Shown here one piece after another: positions 1 to 9,517 of a DNA stretch of 64,000 nt. Source of the DNA: an uncultured Christensenellaceae bacterium (GTDB taxonomy: Bacteria > Bacillota > Clostridia > Christensenellales > UBA3700); NCBI GenBank assembly GCA_944381325.1, contig CALWKS010000002.1:188949-252948 (forward strand), read 5' to 3'. The notes beneath the pieces were generated by a model. That model searched no databases. It had not been told where the DNA came from and saw nothing but the letters and a program-made list of their open reading frames with translations. Each line of letters begins with the position of its first letter. The first letter of the stretch is position 1. The translations under genes were made by a program, and so were the position numbers.

Positions 1-149
1 TTCAACTGACTGTTGGTCAGCTTTGCGGCAAATGCTTTTTTTGTTTTAATCGTTTTATTGTTCTTTATTGCCGTCTTGCAAAACGAGCACATTGCTTCGT
101 CGTCTTTTATGTAATGCAGATGACATTTAGGGCACAATCTGAAAGCCAT
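1..149 (-). CDS. Partial CDS running off the window; N-terminal CxxC-x11-CxxC zinc-finger protein
   Basis: Not in the ORF track. ATG at 149 follows an AGGAGG RBS; reads MAFRLCPKCHLHYIKDDEAMCSFCKTAIKNNKTIKTKKAFAAKLTNSQL with no stop before the edge. Confidence 0.75.
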   Translation of the reverse strand, partial: MAFRLCPKCHLHYIKDDEAMCSFCKTAIKNNKTIKTKKAFAAKLTNSQL

Positions 150-184
150 TTTTTCCTCCTGTAAAATATAGATTTTTCTTGATT

Positions 185-523
185 TCATCTGAAAATTTTT
201 ACAAAAACTTCGTTCAATCTATCTATAATATCCTCTTTCTCTTTTTCAGACTTTTCATTTGAAAATCGAATGCACCTGATGATAAAATCCTTTTCCTCCA
301 AGCTCAGTTTCTTTCCGCTCAGATAAAAACCTTTATTCGTTTTAACAATCGGATACCCAGATTTAATTAAAAATTTTATATTCCGCCCTACTGTCTTCCT
401 GTCGCATGGCAATACATCAGATATTATTCGGGCAATGTATGTTTGTCTCAAAGGATGATTTTTATCGCTTTCGTTTTCCAATATCTTCAGAATTAAAAGA
501 ATCAATTGCTTTTTATCTTTCAT
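185..523 (-). CDS. Winged-HTH transcriptional regulator resembling the N-terminal part of WYL-domain regulators (no WYL domain)
   Basis: LILLILKILENESDKNHPLRQ..I...CDRKTVGRNIKFL..SGYPI...KGFYL pattern; GAAGGTG RBS; AT-rich. Confidence 0.7.
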   Translation of the reverse strand: MKDKKQLILLILKILENESDKNHPLRQTYIARIISDVLPCDRKTVGRNIKFLIKSGYPIVKTNKGFYLSGKKLSLEEKDFIIRCIRFSNEKSEKEKEDIIDRLNEVFVKIFR

Positions 524-713
524 ACAAACACCTTCATTTATATTGTATCATATATGTTATACCAAAAATCGCCCTGAATTAAATATATATATAATTTTCT
601 TTCAAACAAACTTGTTAAAATTAAAAGGTTAATTTATAGAAACATATCAAAATTCTCTCATAACAATGTTTTGATACTATACTTTGATAAAAAGTTTTTC
701 TTCACCATTTTAC

Positions 714-742
714 TTGCAAAATACGTTTTTTTATGATAATAT
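714..742 (+). promoter_or_regulatory. Putative sigma-A promoter for tRNA-Ser
   Basis: TTGCAA (714-719), 17-nt spacer, TG-n-TAATAT (737-742). Confidence 0.55.
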
Positions 743-767
743 TGCTTTTGCGATAAAATATTGCTGT

Positions 768-858
768 GCAGAGATGGCTGAGCTGGCCTAAGGCGCACGA
801 TTGGAAATCGTGTGTACGGTAAAACGTACCGAGGGTTCGAATCCCTCTCTCTGCGCCA
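768..858 (+). tRNA. tRNA-Ser (GGA)
   Basis: Acceptor stem GCAGAGA/TCTCTGC, anticodon loop TTGGAAA, long variable arm, GGTTCGAATCC T-loop, G discriminator plus encoded CCA. Confidence 0.97.
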
Positions 859-888
859 TAGCAAAGACTCTCTTAAGAGTCAAAAAAT

Positions 889-914
889 GAGCAGATAAAT
901 ATCTGCTCGTTTTT
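889..914 (+). terminator. Intrinsic terminator after tRNA
   Basis: GAGCAGAT-AAAT-ATCTGCTC hairpin followed by GTTTTT. Confidence 0.7.
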
Positions 915-938
915 ATATTATGATTTTATTGCAATTCT

Positions 939-962
939 AATGCCGCCCTTTCGGACGGCATT
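939..962 (-). terminator. Hairpin terminator downstream of the 967-2832 gene
   Basis: AATGCCG..CGGCATT stem just past the stop codon. Confidence 0.55.
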
Positions 963-966
963 TTAT

Positions 967-2832
967 TTAATCGAGAGCTATTTCTGTGAATTCACAATCA
1001 TCTTCATCGTCTTCGATTGCAGAATCCTTCTCATTTCTTCCGAAATACTTGTTCTTGAAAATTTTTGCTACGATAAATCCGACAATAGCAATAACTGCAA
1101 TTACCAACTGAAGTATCGGAGCAGAACCGACTGCAAGATTGACGTCAGGCAGAATGTCAGACGTGTTGAGAACCGTATTCAACAAAATAGTCGTAAAAAT
1201 GCCGTAAGCCGCCGCTATAATCAGAAGGATAAGCGCTATACCCTTGACTGCCTTCACGTCTTTTCCGCCGCAAAGATACGCTAAGCCCATTGAGAACATT
1301 GCCGCAACGGCATAAAGCGCAATAATCGAAATTATAGGCTGGAATCTGATAAACACTTTGGCAAAATTGTTGGTCTCAGACACGTAAGAAGTATTTACAA
1401 ATCCGTGCAGACCGTAAGAAAGCTTAAAATATTCGTTGCCTTCTTTTCTTGCGGTCAGACTTTCAGTATATCTGACGGCATTTTCATTGAAATCTTTTTT
1501 CAAGTCTGCACTTTCAGTATAATTGTCCTCGCCCAAATCTATAAAATACTCATTGAACGTATCGAACTGAGTAAACGAATATCTGAACGTCGTGCTTGGA
1601 AGTTCTTCATCCTGAGGATAATATGTAAGCGAAGTATTTACGGCAGGAAGCGCAACGCATGAAATAACTATTATTCCCGCCACAACAGCCGTAGCGTTGA
1701 CAATAAGTTTCTTAACGTTCTCCTTCTTTTCAGACATTATCCTTATAGCAAGACGGTAAGCGAAGAATACTACAGAGAACGCGATTATGCACAAAAGTGC
1801 ACTTCCCACAAAAATACCGTCATCGCCTTTCAATCCGGATGCGGTAACAAACGTTGAAAGATAAGCCGCAAAAGCAACAGAACTTGCTAGGACGATTGCG
1901 ACCATACGCACCCCGCCTATATTCTTCCTTGCAAGAAGCAGAACAACAGAAGCGATAAACGCCGCGCCGCAAACGATAACGTTTATCATTGCAAGTATTC
2001 CTGCGGTTATCAGGTCGTTGACCGCTGCGCTGACATTATAGTCCTCCTGAGCCGATATTCGACTTGCAGCATAAGTTATCTTGAACAAATTGGCTTCAGT
2101 TATAATATCTGAAATCTTTTTGCAAGCCTTTTCAGTAACGGTGATCCTTCCCGTCAGTTCATTTTCTTTTATCATGCCTTCTTCTGAAAGCACGTCCATT
2201 ATCTCCTCAAAATAATTGTCTCCCTCACTGACTTTATCGATATAATCCTGAGCGTCTTCTGCGTCCGCAGTAAGCGCAAAGAACGCAAAATCCATAAGCG
2301 AAACCGCCGAATATCTCATCCTGATATCGCCTTCGAATTTTGCATCTTCTCCTGCGGCGGATTTTACCGTATCGCTCATATTGACTTCAAAAACCGTAAA
2401 GAAAGAACATATAAAGAATACAAATGTAACCGCAACCAGCACGATATGACCGATAAGCCCCTTATCCATGCTGTTTCTGATCTTTTCGAATTTTTCCTTT
2501 GTTACGCGGCAAGACTTTTTCTTCTTTTCTTTTTTCACGGAACGGTCTTTCTCTGCCGGACTTTCTTTTATGTCAAAAAGCACCTCGTCTTCTGCTGACG
2601 GTGCTTTCTCTGCAAAATAAGCCCCATCGGCTTTTGCAGGCATTCTGTCTTCTTTGACAACAGAGGTTTTTACCTCGTTCTGATCTGCACCGCACTTAGG
2701 GCAGAAAGAAAAAACTTCGTCTATCTCCGCTCCGCACTTAAGGCAAATCTTTTTGCCGTCGGTCCTCTTTCCGCAGAACGGACAGTAAACGAAATCTTCA
2801 GAGATTTCTTTGTTGCAATTTTTACAAATCAT
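967..2832 (-). CDS. Double zinc-ribbon, multi-pass membrane protein
   Basis: Four N-terminal CxxC pairs (CKNC, CPFC, CLKC, CPKC); about 8 hydrophobic helices with two large loops; GGAGGAG RBS. Confidence 0.85.
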   Translation of the reverse strand: MICKNCNKEISEDFVYCPFCGKRTDGKKICLKCGAEIDEVFSFCPKCGADQNEVKTSVVKEDRMPAKADGAYFAEKAPSAEDEVLFDIKESPAEKDRSVKKEKKKKSCRVTKEKFEKIRNSMDKGLIGHIVLVAVTFVFFICSFFTVFEVNMSDTVKSAAGEDAKFEGDIRMRYSAVSLMDFAFFALTADAEDAQDYIDKVSEGDNYFEEIMDVLSEEGMIKENELTGRITVTEKACKKISDIITEANLFKITYAASRISAQEDYNVSAAVNDLITAGILAMINVIVCGAAFIASVVLLLARKNIGGVRMVAIVLASSVAFAAYLSTFVTASGLKGDDGIFVGSALLCIIAFSVVFFAYRLAIRIMSEKKENVKKLIVNATAVVAGIIVISCVALPAVNTSLTYYPQDEELPSTTFRYSFTQFDTFNEYFIDLGEDNYTESADLKKDFNENAVRYTESLTARKEGNEYFKLSYGLHGFVNTSYVSETNNFAKVFIRFQPIISIIALYAVAAMFSMGLAYLCGGKDVKAVKGIALILLIIAAAYGIFTTILLNTVLNTSDILPDVNLAVGSAPILQLVIAVIAIVGFIVAKIFKNKYFGRNEKDSAIEDDEDDCEFTEIALD

Positions 2833-2968
2833 TTCACTCCTCCTTCTAAATAAAGCGACGCTAAACTATCGTTTTATTGTCTTTGTCAAAATTGTTGCAA
2901 TGCGCCCTTAGGGGCACACAGACTTCTTCCCTTTATCCGCAGAATACTTCTCCACGGATTATATATTG

Positions 2969-2997
2969 ATTATATAACCAATAGCAAATATTGTCAA
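2969..2997 (-). promoter_or_regulatory. Consensus sigma-A promoter for 967-2832
   Basis: TTGACA-17-TATAAT on the minus strand. Confidence 0.8.
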
Positions 2998-3091
2998 TAG
3001 CGCTTTGAAAAACTACTTATATCATAATAAAATTTTTAAGTTGGTTTTGTTGATTTTCTATATACGTATCGACTTTTTTCTCAATAAAAAT

Positions 3092-3116
3092 AAAAAGGAC
3101 GGAAGCCCGTCCCTTT
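3092..3116 (-). terminator. Intrinsic terminator of the AAA/protease operon
   Basis: GGACGG/CCGTCC stem followed by a T run on the minus strand. Confidence 0.7.
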
Positions 3117-3138
3117 CATTTCATTATTCAGCCGTCTG

Positions 3139-6100
3139 TCAGCTTAAAGGTTTTCCGAGAACAGCCTCGATATCCTTTGAATCCAGACTGTTGCGCTCAA
3201 TAAGCGCTTCAACGAGTCTGTCGACAGACTCCTTGTTGTCCTCTATAAGTTTCTGTGCGCGCCCGAGTTCTTTGAGCATCAGGGCGTTGACTTCAGAATA
3301 AATCTCTTTTTTGACTTCTTCACCGAAACAACTTGCGACCGCGAGTCTGTTTTCAGCCATACCCAGACCTCCGATAAGCGCAGAGGCGATCTCTGTCGCC
3401 TTCCTCAGGTCTGAAGACGCGCCTGCGGTAAGCCCTCCGTCTTTGCCGTAATAAACCATTTCAGCCGCCCTGCCGCCGAGCGAACAGCATACCGCATCGA
3501 GGAGCTCCTGCTTGGAATCAATGCTTTCGTCTTCTTCGCTATCGTGCATAACGTAGCCGCCGTAAGGTCCGCGCGCAACGACCGTCATATACAGAGGTAT
3601 TTTTCCGCACGCCCATGAAACGATCGCGTGTCCTGCCTCGTGGCGTGCCGTACGCAGAACGCTTTCTTTTGAAAACTCTTTCTTTTCTCCGTACTCCTCT
3701 GTATCCTGCGCGTCTTCAAGCATTTCATCGGTAAGAGGTCTGCCGCCTGCGCGCTCTATAGCCGCATTTATTATATCTTTGATAAGAGAATGACTGTATC
3801 CCACGGTTTTCTTGGCAAGGATGTTGATTCCGTCCTCAAGCTCATCGGGATTTACTCCGTTTTCTCTGAGATAATGACAGATAAGCTCTTTTCTCTCTGC
3901 CGTATCAGGCAATCCGACAAGTATTTTTTTATCGAAGCGCCTTACGAATGCGGGATCGAGCACCATCTTATTGTCGTCATCGTCTGACTTTATTGCATAA
4001 TTGGTTGCGCACACCACGATGACGGGTCTGTTTTCGTTGGTTCTGAAGCCTTCGATCTCGGCAAGGAAAGTCGTAAGCAGTTCTTCCTGATAACGCGTCG
4101 TGTCGCTGCCCGTTCTTGCTTTTGCGAAGCCGTCCACCTCGTCTATGAAAATGATAGAAGGCGCGTATCTTCTTGCCGTCCTGAACACTTCTCTTATGTT
4201 CTCAGGCCCCTGACCAACGTATTTGTTAAAGAATTCTGTCGCCTTTTTCTCGATAAAAGTAACGTCCGTTTCTCCTGCAAGCGCCTTTGCGAGCATGGTC
4301 TTTCCCGTTCCGGGAGGGCCGTAAAGCAATATACCCTTGGGCGCTTTTCTTCCCGTAGCGGTATACTTCTTGGGATTTTTAAGGTATCTGACATAATCCG
4401 CCATAGCCTTTTTAGCTTCAGCCGCGCCTATTACGTCAGAAAATTTTACATCAGGTCTTGAAACGTCCGCAAGAACGCTGCCTCTGTCCTCTGCTTTTAC
4501 CGAGCGCTTTATCTCAAAGCGGCGCGCGTGTATTTCAAGCGTCTCGCCGTTATCCTCGATCTCCTGCGCGCAATTATAGCTGAGGATATTGCTTGACCTT
4601 GCGAGTTTATAGAAGTTGTTGCCGGTAACTGTTGCGTCTTTTACGAAGATAAGACTTGCGGAATTCTCAGAATTGTCGCCCGACTTGAAGGCGAAAATGC
4701 CTTTTGCTCCTCTTGCGAGGAAGGTATCGAAGGCTACGTCGTCATAGCCGTTGCCGTCATCGTTGATAACGTATACGGGGATCTCGGGATATTTGGTTGT
4801 AAAATATTCGAACAGTCTGACTCCGTCGCTGTCTATATCCTCAAGGTCGCTTGGTCTGTCGTGAGCGTTCTTTTCATTCATAAAGACGTCAAGAACTATT
4901 GCGCCAACTTCTCCGTCCAAAGCTTCTTTCGCTGCTTCAACGTCGTTTTTGAAAACTCCTTTCACACCTTTAGTCTCAGCGCAAGCAATCTTCAATTCTT
5001 TGTTGTATCTCTTATCGACCGCAAAAAGCACGGGGATTTTTTCTCTGACCTCGAACATATCGCTTGCCGCAGTTTTTTTATAGTCTACGCTGAGCGATAT
5101 CTTTCTGAGTTTGTCTACGTCCATCTTTCTGCGCGTAAGCTGACTGACTGCGTCGAAAAGCTCGCTTTCTATAAATTTTCTGACCGCGCCCGTCATAGAA
5201 CGCGCGTCTCCGCTGCCGCCTACAGAATACATTATAAGCGCCGCTATCTTATCGCAGTCGCACTCTATTTTAATGCCTGTATTTGCTTCAGCTGTGGCGA
5301 TCTTTTCTTTAAGCTCCGCAAGCACGATTTCCTTGAGCGCATACGGCTCTAATCGGTTGAACATAAGCACGATGCCTTTTGCCCAACGGGAAACGAGTTC
5401 CTGAGGAAAATAAGGTCTGTTTGTCATCGGATTCAGATCGCTTGCAAGCGCAGAAACTATCGCGCTCTTAGTTATGCCGGACAGATTGGAGCCGTCTACG
5501 TCCTCGTAGAGATTTCTCGCTACGTTGGTAGTAAAGATCAAAATAGCGTCTCTGAAAGACACTTCCTCTCCAGTGCCGTTATCTCTTATAGAGCCTGCGT
5601 CCAGGATCTGAAGGAAAAGCCTGAGATTGTTCTGCGAAGCCTTTTCTATTTCGTCGAACAGAATAATACTCTTCGGGTTTTCCTTTACGAAGCCCGTTAT
5701 CTTTCCCGGTTTGCCGCTGAATTCGTAGCCGTTTACTACCGCGCCCATTTCGCCGTATTCGCTCATGTTGAATCTGGCATAAACTCGCCCTTTAAGACAC
5801 TCTGCCGCACATTCTGCAAGATAAGTTTTTCCGCATCCCGGAGGTCCTGCGAAGACAAAGGTTGCAAGCGGTCCTTTGTGCGTCTTTGCATTGAGCACCT
5901 GCGCTCCGAAGTACGCTCTTACGAAAGCGTCTATCGCGTGTTGCTGACCTTTTACCTTTTTCGCAAGTTCTGCTTTCAGGTCTGCTATCCTTCTCTGCAT
6001 TTGCCCGAAAGTTTCTTTTTCTTCAGGCTTTTCCTGCTTTTTCTGCTCTTTTTCTCCGCTCTTTTTACCTGCGTTTAAACTATCTGAAAAACTCTTCCTG

Positions 6101-6513
6101 AATTCAAAAAGACTTTTTGCGATTTTGTCTGCTTCCGTTTCGTCTGCCGCTGAATCTTGGGCTGAGTTTTCTTCAGTGTTTACGCTCTCCTGCTTCTCAG
6201 CCGCGCTTGCCGCTGCCGCTTCGCTCTGACTGAGCTCTGCCTCAGCGTCTTTCTCTGAAACTGCCTGCCCCGAACACTCTACCTCGGCGTCCGCAAAGCC
6301 TGTATCTCTTAGCACCCTTTTTGCCCTTTCGATCTGGTCTTCGGTTACGCCGTCATCGTCTGCGCATTCAAATTCAATACAGTCGTAATCTATATTTGTC
6401 AGCTTCATATTGCTGAATATGAACTGAAGCCTTGACGTCGCCTTTCTGAATCTGTCTTTGTATTCCTGAGTTATCTCTTTGTTCTCTGAACGGAATAAAA
6501 TCTTTATCTTCAT
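3139..6513 (-). CDS. Soluble tandem AAA+ ATPase/metalloprotease: ClpA/B-type AAA + receiver-like domain + FtsH-type AAA + peptidase M41
   Basis: Walker A GPPGCGKT with ILFDEIEKA and FLQILDAG (Clp-type). Walker A GPPGTGKT with IFIDEVD and [10 protein letters not shown] (FtsH-type). HEAGH Zn motif and LGGRAAE..GASSDL. No TM helices. ATG 6513 follows AGGAG (the ORF track starts at GTG 6528). Confidence 0.88.
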   Translation of the reverse strand: MKIKILFRSENKEITQEYKDRFRKATSRLQFIFSNMKLTNIDYDCIEFECADDDGVTEDQIERAKRVLRDTGFADAEVECSGQAVSEKDAEAELSQSEAAAASAAEKQESVNTEENSAQDSAADETEADKIAKSLFEFRKSFSDSLNAGKKSGEKEQKKQEKPEEKETFGQMQRRIADLKAELAKKVKGQQHAIDAFVRAYFGAQVLNAKTHKGPLATFVFAGPPGCGKTYLAECAAECLKGRVYARFNMSEYGEMGAVVNGYEFSGKPGKITGFVKENPKSIILFDEIEKASQNNLRLFLQILDAGSIRDNGTGEEVSFRDAILIFTTNVARNLYEDVDGSNLSGITKSAIVSALASDLNPMTNRPYFPQELVSRWAKGIVLMFNRLEPYALKEIVLAELKEKIATAEANTGIKIECDCDKIAALIMYSVGGSGDARSMTGAVRKFIESELFDAVSQLTRRKMDVDKLRKISLSVDYKKTAASDMFEVREKIPVLFAVDKRYNKELKIACAETKGVKGVFKNDVEAAKEALDGEVGAIVLDVFMNEKNAHDRPSDLEDIDSDGVRLFEYFTTKYPEIPVYVINDDGNGYDDVAFDTFLARGAKGIFAFKSGDNSENSASLIFVKDATVTGNNFYKLARSSNILSYNCAQEIEDNGETLEIHARRFEIKRSVKAEDRGSVLADVSRPDVKFSDVIGAAEAKKAMADYVRYLKNPKKYTATGRKAPKGILLYGPPGTGKTMLAKALAGETDVTFIEKKATEFFNKYVGQGPENIREVFRTARRYAPSIIFIDEVDGFAKARTGSDTTRYQEELLTTFLAEIEGFRTNENRPVIVVCATNYAIKSDDDDNKMVLDPAFVRRFDKKILVGLPDTAERKELICHYLRENGVNPDELEDGINILAKKTVGYSHSLIKDIINAAIERAGGRPLTDEMLEDAQDTEEYGEKKEFSKESVLRTARHEAGHAIVSWACGKIPLYMTVVARGPYGGYVMHDSEEDESIDSKQELLDAVCCSLGGRAAEMVYYGKDGGLTAGASSDLRKATEIASALIGGLGMAENRLAVASCFGEEVKKEIYSEVNALMLKELGRAQKLIEDNKESVDRLVEALIERNSLDSKDIEAVLGKPLS

Positions 6514-6574
6514 ATTTCTCCTGCTCACCTGATTTTCTTATGTTTTCTTCTTAACGAATAACTGTCAACTTATT

Positions 6575-9265
6575 TTAGCCCTGAGAGGATTTGCTTTTTT
6601 CTTCCTCTGCAAAGGCGTTTATCGCATTTGCCATATCGTAATGCTGAGTGGATATAAGATCATACTTTCTTATACTGCTGTGCAATTTAAAATGACTTGC
6701 CTTGCCGTAATCCCACGGCTCGTTGCCGTAAGACGCCATAAATCTTATCCACCTGTCGTGCTCGAACGCGCCCAGCCTTATCAGATCCGTCAACCTGATT
6801 TTGCCGTATTCTTCGCCTTTACAGAAACCTTTCGCCCTCGCGTATGCGGCGAAATACTTGGGCATCTCGCAAGCGTAGCGGCTTGATATCCTGCTGTAGA
6901 ACATGGAATCTTTCATGTCATACCATACTTTCTCATTCCGCTCATCGTCGTAATCAGCCGAGAATTTCCTGAACAGCTCTGCAAGGGTGATGTCATTCTT
7001 ACCCTCGACTGCCGTCTGCATCTGTTGCGTTATGAAAGACATATTGTCTTTTGAAGAAATAGCCGAATAGCCGCCGTTCCAGCGCTTGGCAAGACTCATA
7101 TCAACAATGTTTTCATAACTGTACATCTCTTCTGCACTGCCGAATATGATCACTTTAAGATGTCTGAACTCATTCTCATCCTTTTCGCACCAGTTTATTC
7201 TGTCGTAGTTCAGCCTGTTGCGCAGGTTTATCGCAATCACCTGCGTCCTGCGCCCGTCAACTGCTTTGGCGTTGCTCTTTGCGTATTCGTGCTTGCAGTC
7301 CTCCAGAAGTGCGTTGGCGATATTTACGTTGCTGTCGTCGTCTCCGAGAGCTATAAGGATCAGATTGTATTTGCTCAGACTCTTTGTCTTTTCGCTTTTT
7401 CCGTCAGGCTTAGTCTGTCTTGCCCCCGCATCTGTGCCTTTCCCTTCATCGATAATCCTGTCGAGAAGTTTTATCATCTCTTCGCTCAATGCGGACTCCT
7501 GATGCAGATTTATTCTGAAAAGCGCTTCTCCGTATCTGAACTTTTCTGTGCTCTCACCTGGCATATTCACTCTGAACATAGGATGACGCGTTTTGAACAG
7601 TCCGCCTATTTCGGACGCGTTTTTATCGTAAACGTCGGCAATGAACGGCTGCGGTCTGTATTTTGCGCAATCAGACTGTCTTACGCTCGATATCCAGCCG
7701 TCCGCGTTGTTTTCCTCGTTTTCTTCTACGAATCCGTTCTGATCTATGCTCGTTGTAATGCTGCTTTGATAATCTTCACCGTGATTGCCTCCGGAGGCAA
7801 AGATATAAGCGGTCTTGAGCGTCTGCTGACCGTTGAGACCGAAGCCTATTACGATTGCGCCGTATTCTTTTGAATTGACGTCGTTTTCATAGATTTCAGG
7901 GTAAGATTTTATAAGTTCTCCTCTCTTTTTCACATAGGAGAACGCTGCCATGTTCGCTTCATTGAGAGCGGTAAGAACGAAGTGCTTTTTATATCTGATA
8001 TAAACGTCTCTTTCTTTGCTTGCCGCAGAATCTTCGTCTTTCTTCTGCTTTGACTTTGCGACACCTTTCGAAAGCTCTTTTCCCGCTATCTCTCCCAACA
8101 TTGCGGCATAACCCGTCTTTGAACGTCTGAGTTCTCTGCTGCCGCCTCTTGAGAATTTATTTATCTCTTTATCGAAACGCATATCGACGTTGGCTATGTC
8201 GATCTCTTCACTGAGCAGATAATAATAATGTATTATTCTGTCGTAATCTTCTGCCCTCTTGACAAAGTCAGTAGGAAGCGAGTCAACGCCGTTACTTCTG
8301 CGGTTTTTACCGAATAGCTCCGAGAGCCTTCTCCTTTCAAAGGTTTTCTGAGTAATTCTCGCTATGTCCTCAAAAATTATTTTATCGTTTTCGCTTGTCT
8401 TGTTCTTTTCCCAGTCAAGAGCGAAAATATGAATTTCTCCGCCTCTAGCCCATCTTCTCTTGTCGCTGATGTAATAATCGTTTTTCCCTCTGAGTTTAAG
8501 CAAATCGGGAATAGACTTGTTCTTTACACCGGGAGCGTAACTCATAAACAAAAAGCCTGAACGCATAATATCCTGATGCAATGGCTTTTTTGCATCGAAA
8601 CCGTCCTGATCTTCTGTGCGCAGAAAAACTATCTTATACCTGTTCTTAAAAAGCGACCTTCCTTTCGCTCTGTGCCTTTCTTGTATGCTGTGAGCAAGGA
8701 TAACGCTGTCCTCGGTTATCGCAGTAAAGACATACACTTTTGCTCCTGCCTTGATAAAATCGCTCCATACAAAGCGGCTGTACATCTCGTAACTGAATCT
8801 GAAAGTAAGTATCGTGAATGCGACCATTCCCGCAAACAAAGAAGACCCCGAATACAACAAAGTTCTCCATGCGTCGAACATACTGTAATCAGCAAGTCCT
8901 TCAAAAGTCAGCCCACCCAAAGCCTGATATGCAGAATAATACAAGTCGGATATAGACTGCCACGCATTTTCAGGCAGTCTGAATGAAAGTCCGTCCTCGA
9001 CGTCGGTCATAAGCACGAAAAGTTTGCCTATCACACTCAGAACAAACACTCCCGTTATCACAGCTATTTCTGACGTGTACTGTCCGTCTGCCCTTTTTCT
9101 TATCCCCGAATAAATCCATATCGCAACGAACAGACAGAATATCAGGATAAGCAGCGCCCTTGCCATATTCAGCAGCATACAGAAAACGCCGTTTCCCCAC
9201 AGCAACTCGTACGGCATACCCAGGACGATTGCCGCGACAATACATATAAACAGCTGTTTTTTCAT
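6575..9265 (-). CDS. Ion-channel-like membrane protein with TrkA/RCK-like Rossmann domain(s) and C-terminal RyR-like domain
   Basis: About 4 N-terminal TM segments with a pore-like segment LYYSAYQALGGLTFEG; AIVIGFGLNG and LILIALGDDDSNVNIA (TrkA-N-like); C-terminal LGAFEHDRW..G..PWDYG...KLHSSIRKYDL...YD (RyR-like). Probable start ATG 9265 after GGGAGAAGG. Confidence 0.72.
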   Translation of the reverse strand: MKKQLFICIVAAIVLGMPYELLWGNGVFCMLLNMARALLILIFCLFVAIWIYSGIRKRADGQYTSEIAVITGVFVLSVIGKLFVLMTDVEDGLSFRLPENAWQSISDLYYSAYQALGGLTFEGLADYSMFDAWRTLLYSGSSLFAGMVAFTILTFRFSYEMYSRFVWSDFIKAGAKVYVFTAITEDSVILAHSIQERHRAKGRSLFKNRYKIVFLRTEDQDGFDAKKPLHQDIMRSGFLFMSYAPGVKNKSIPDLLKLRGKNDYYISDKRRWARGGEIHIFALDWEKNKTSENDKIIFEDIARITQKTFERRRLSELFGKNRRSNGVDSLPTDFVKRAEDYDRIIHYYYLLSEEIDIANVDMRFDKEINKFSRGGSRELRRSKTGYAAMLGEIAGKELSKGVAKSKQKKDEDSAASKERDVYIRYKKHFVLTALNEANMAAFSYVKKRGELIKSYPEIYENDVNSKEYGAIVIGFGLNGQQTLKTAYIFASGGNHGEDYQSSITTSIDQNGFVEENEENNADGWISSVRQSDCAKYRPQPFIADVYDKNASEIGGLFKTRHPMFRVNMPGESTEKFRYGEALFRINLHQESALSEEMIKLLDRIIDEGKGTDAGARQTKPDGKSEKTKSLSKYNLILIALGDDDSNVNIANALLEDCKHEYAKSNAKAVDGRRTQVIAINLRNRLNYDRINWCEKDENEFRHLKVIIFGSAEEMYSYENIVDMSLAKRWNGGYSAISSKDNMSFITQQMQTAVEGKNDITLAELFRKFSADYDDERNEKVWYDMKDSMFYSRISSRYACEMPKYFAAYARAKGFCKGEEYGKIRLTDLIRLGAFEHDRWIRFMASYGNEPWDYGKASHFKLHSSIRKYDLISTQHYDMANAINAFAEEEKSKSSQG

Positions 9266-9364
9266 AACCTTCTCCCTTGTACCTACACCACGTTCTGCCC
9301 TTTGAAACAAGCCAGCAGAACCGATTTCGGCTTACTTTCGCACGCACGCGCGTCGCATAAATTA

Positions 9365-9393
9365 ATTTTACAATAAGCACTATAACTTGTCAA
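9365..9393 (-). promoter_or_regulatory. Sigma-A promoter of the channel/AAA operon
   Basis: TTGACA-17-TAAAAT on the minus strand. Confidence 0.75.
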
Positions 9394-9480
9394 TATATAA
9401 CTTTTGAGCTTACATATCCGATATCTCAAAATTTGCTTATCCGCGTTTATCAACAAACAAAAAGTCGTTTTAAAGATAAT

Positions 9481-9503
9481 AAAAAACCCGCCATACGGCG
9501 GGT
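9481..9503 (-). terminator. Intrinsic terminator of the permease gene
   Basis: ACCCGCC/GGCGGGT stem followed by a T run on the minus strand. Confidence 0.8.
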
Positions 9504-9517
9504 ATATGTCATTCAGG

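Noticed and set aside
658-864. 68-aa minus-strand ORF
   Set aside because: Antisense shadow of tRNA-Ser (RERDSNPR is the typical reverse-tRNA translation).
3139-6513. Calling this gene ftsH or clpB
   Set aside because: It lacks FtsH TM helices and the ClpB N/D1/middle domains; it is a distinct fusion, so no symbol was assigned.
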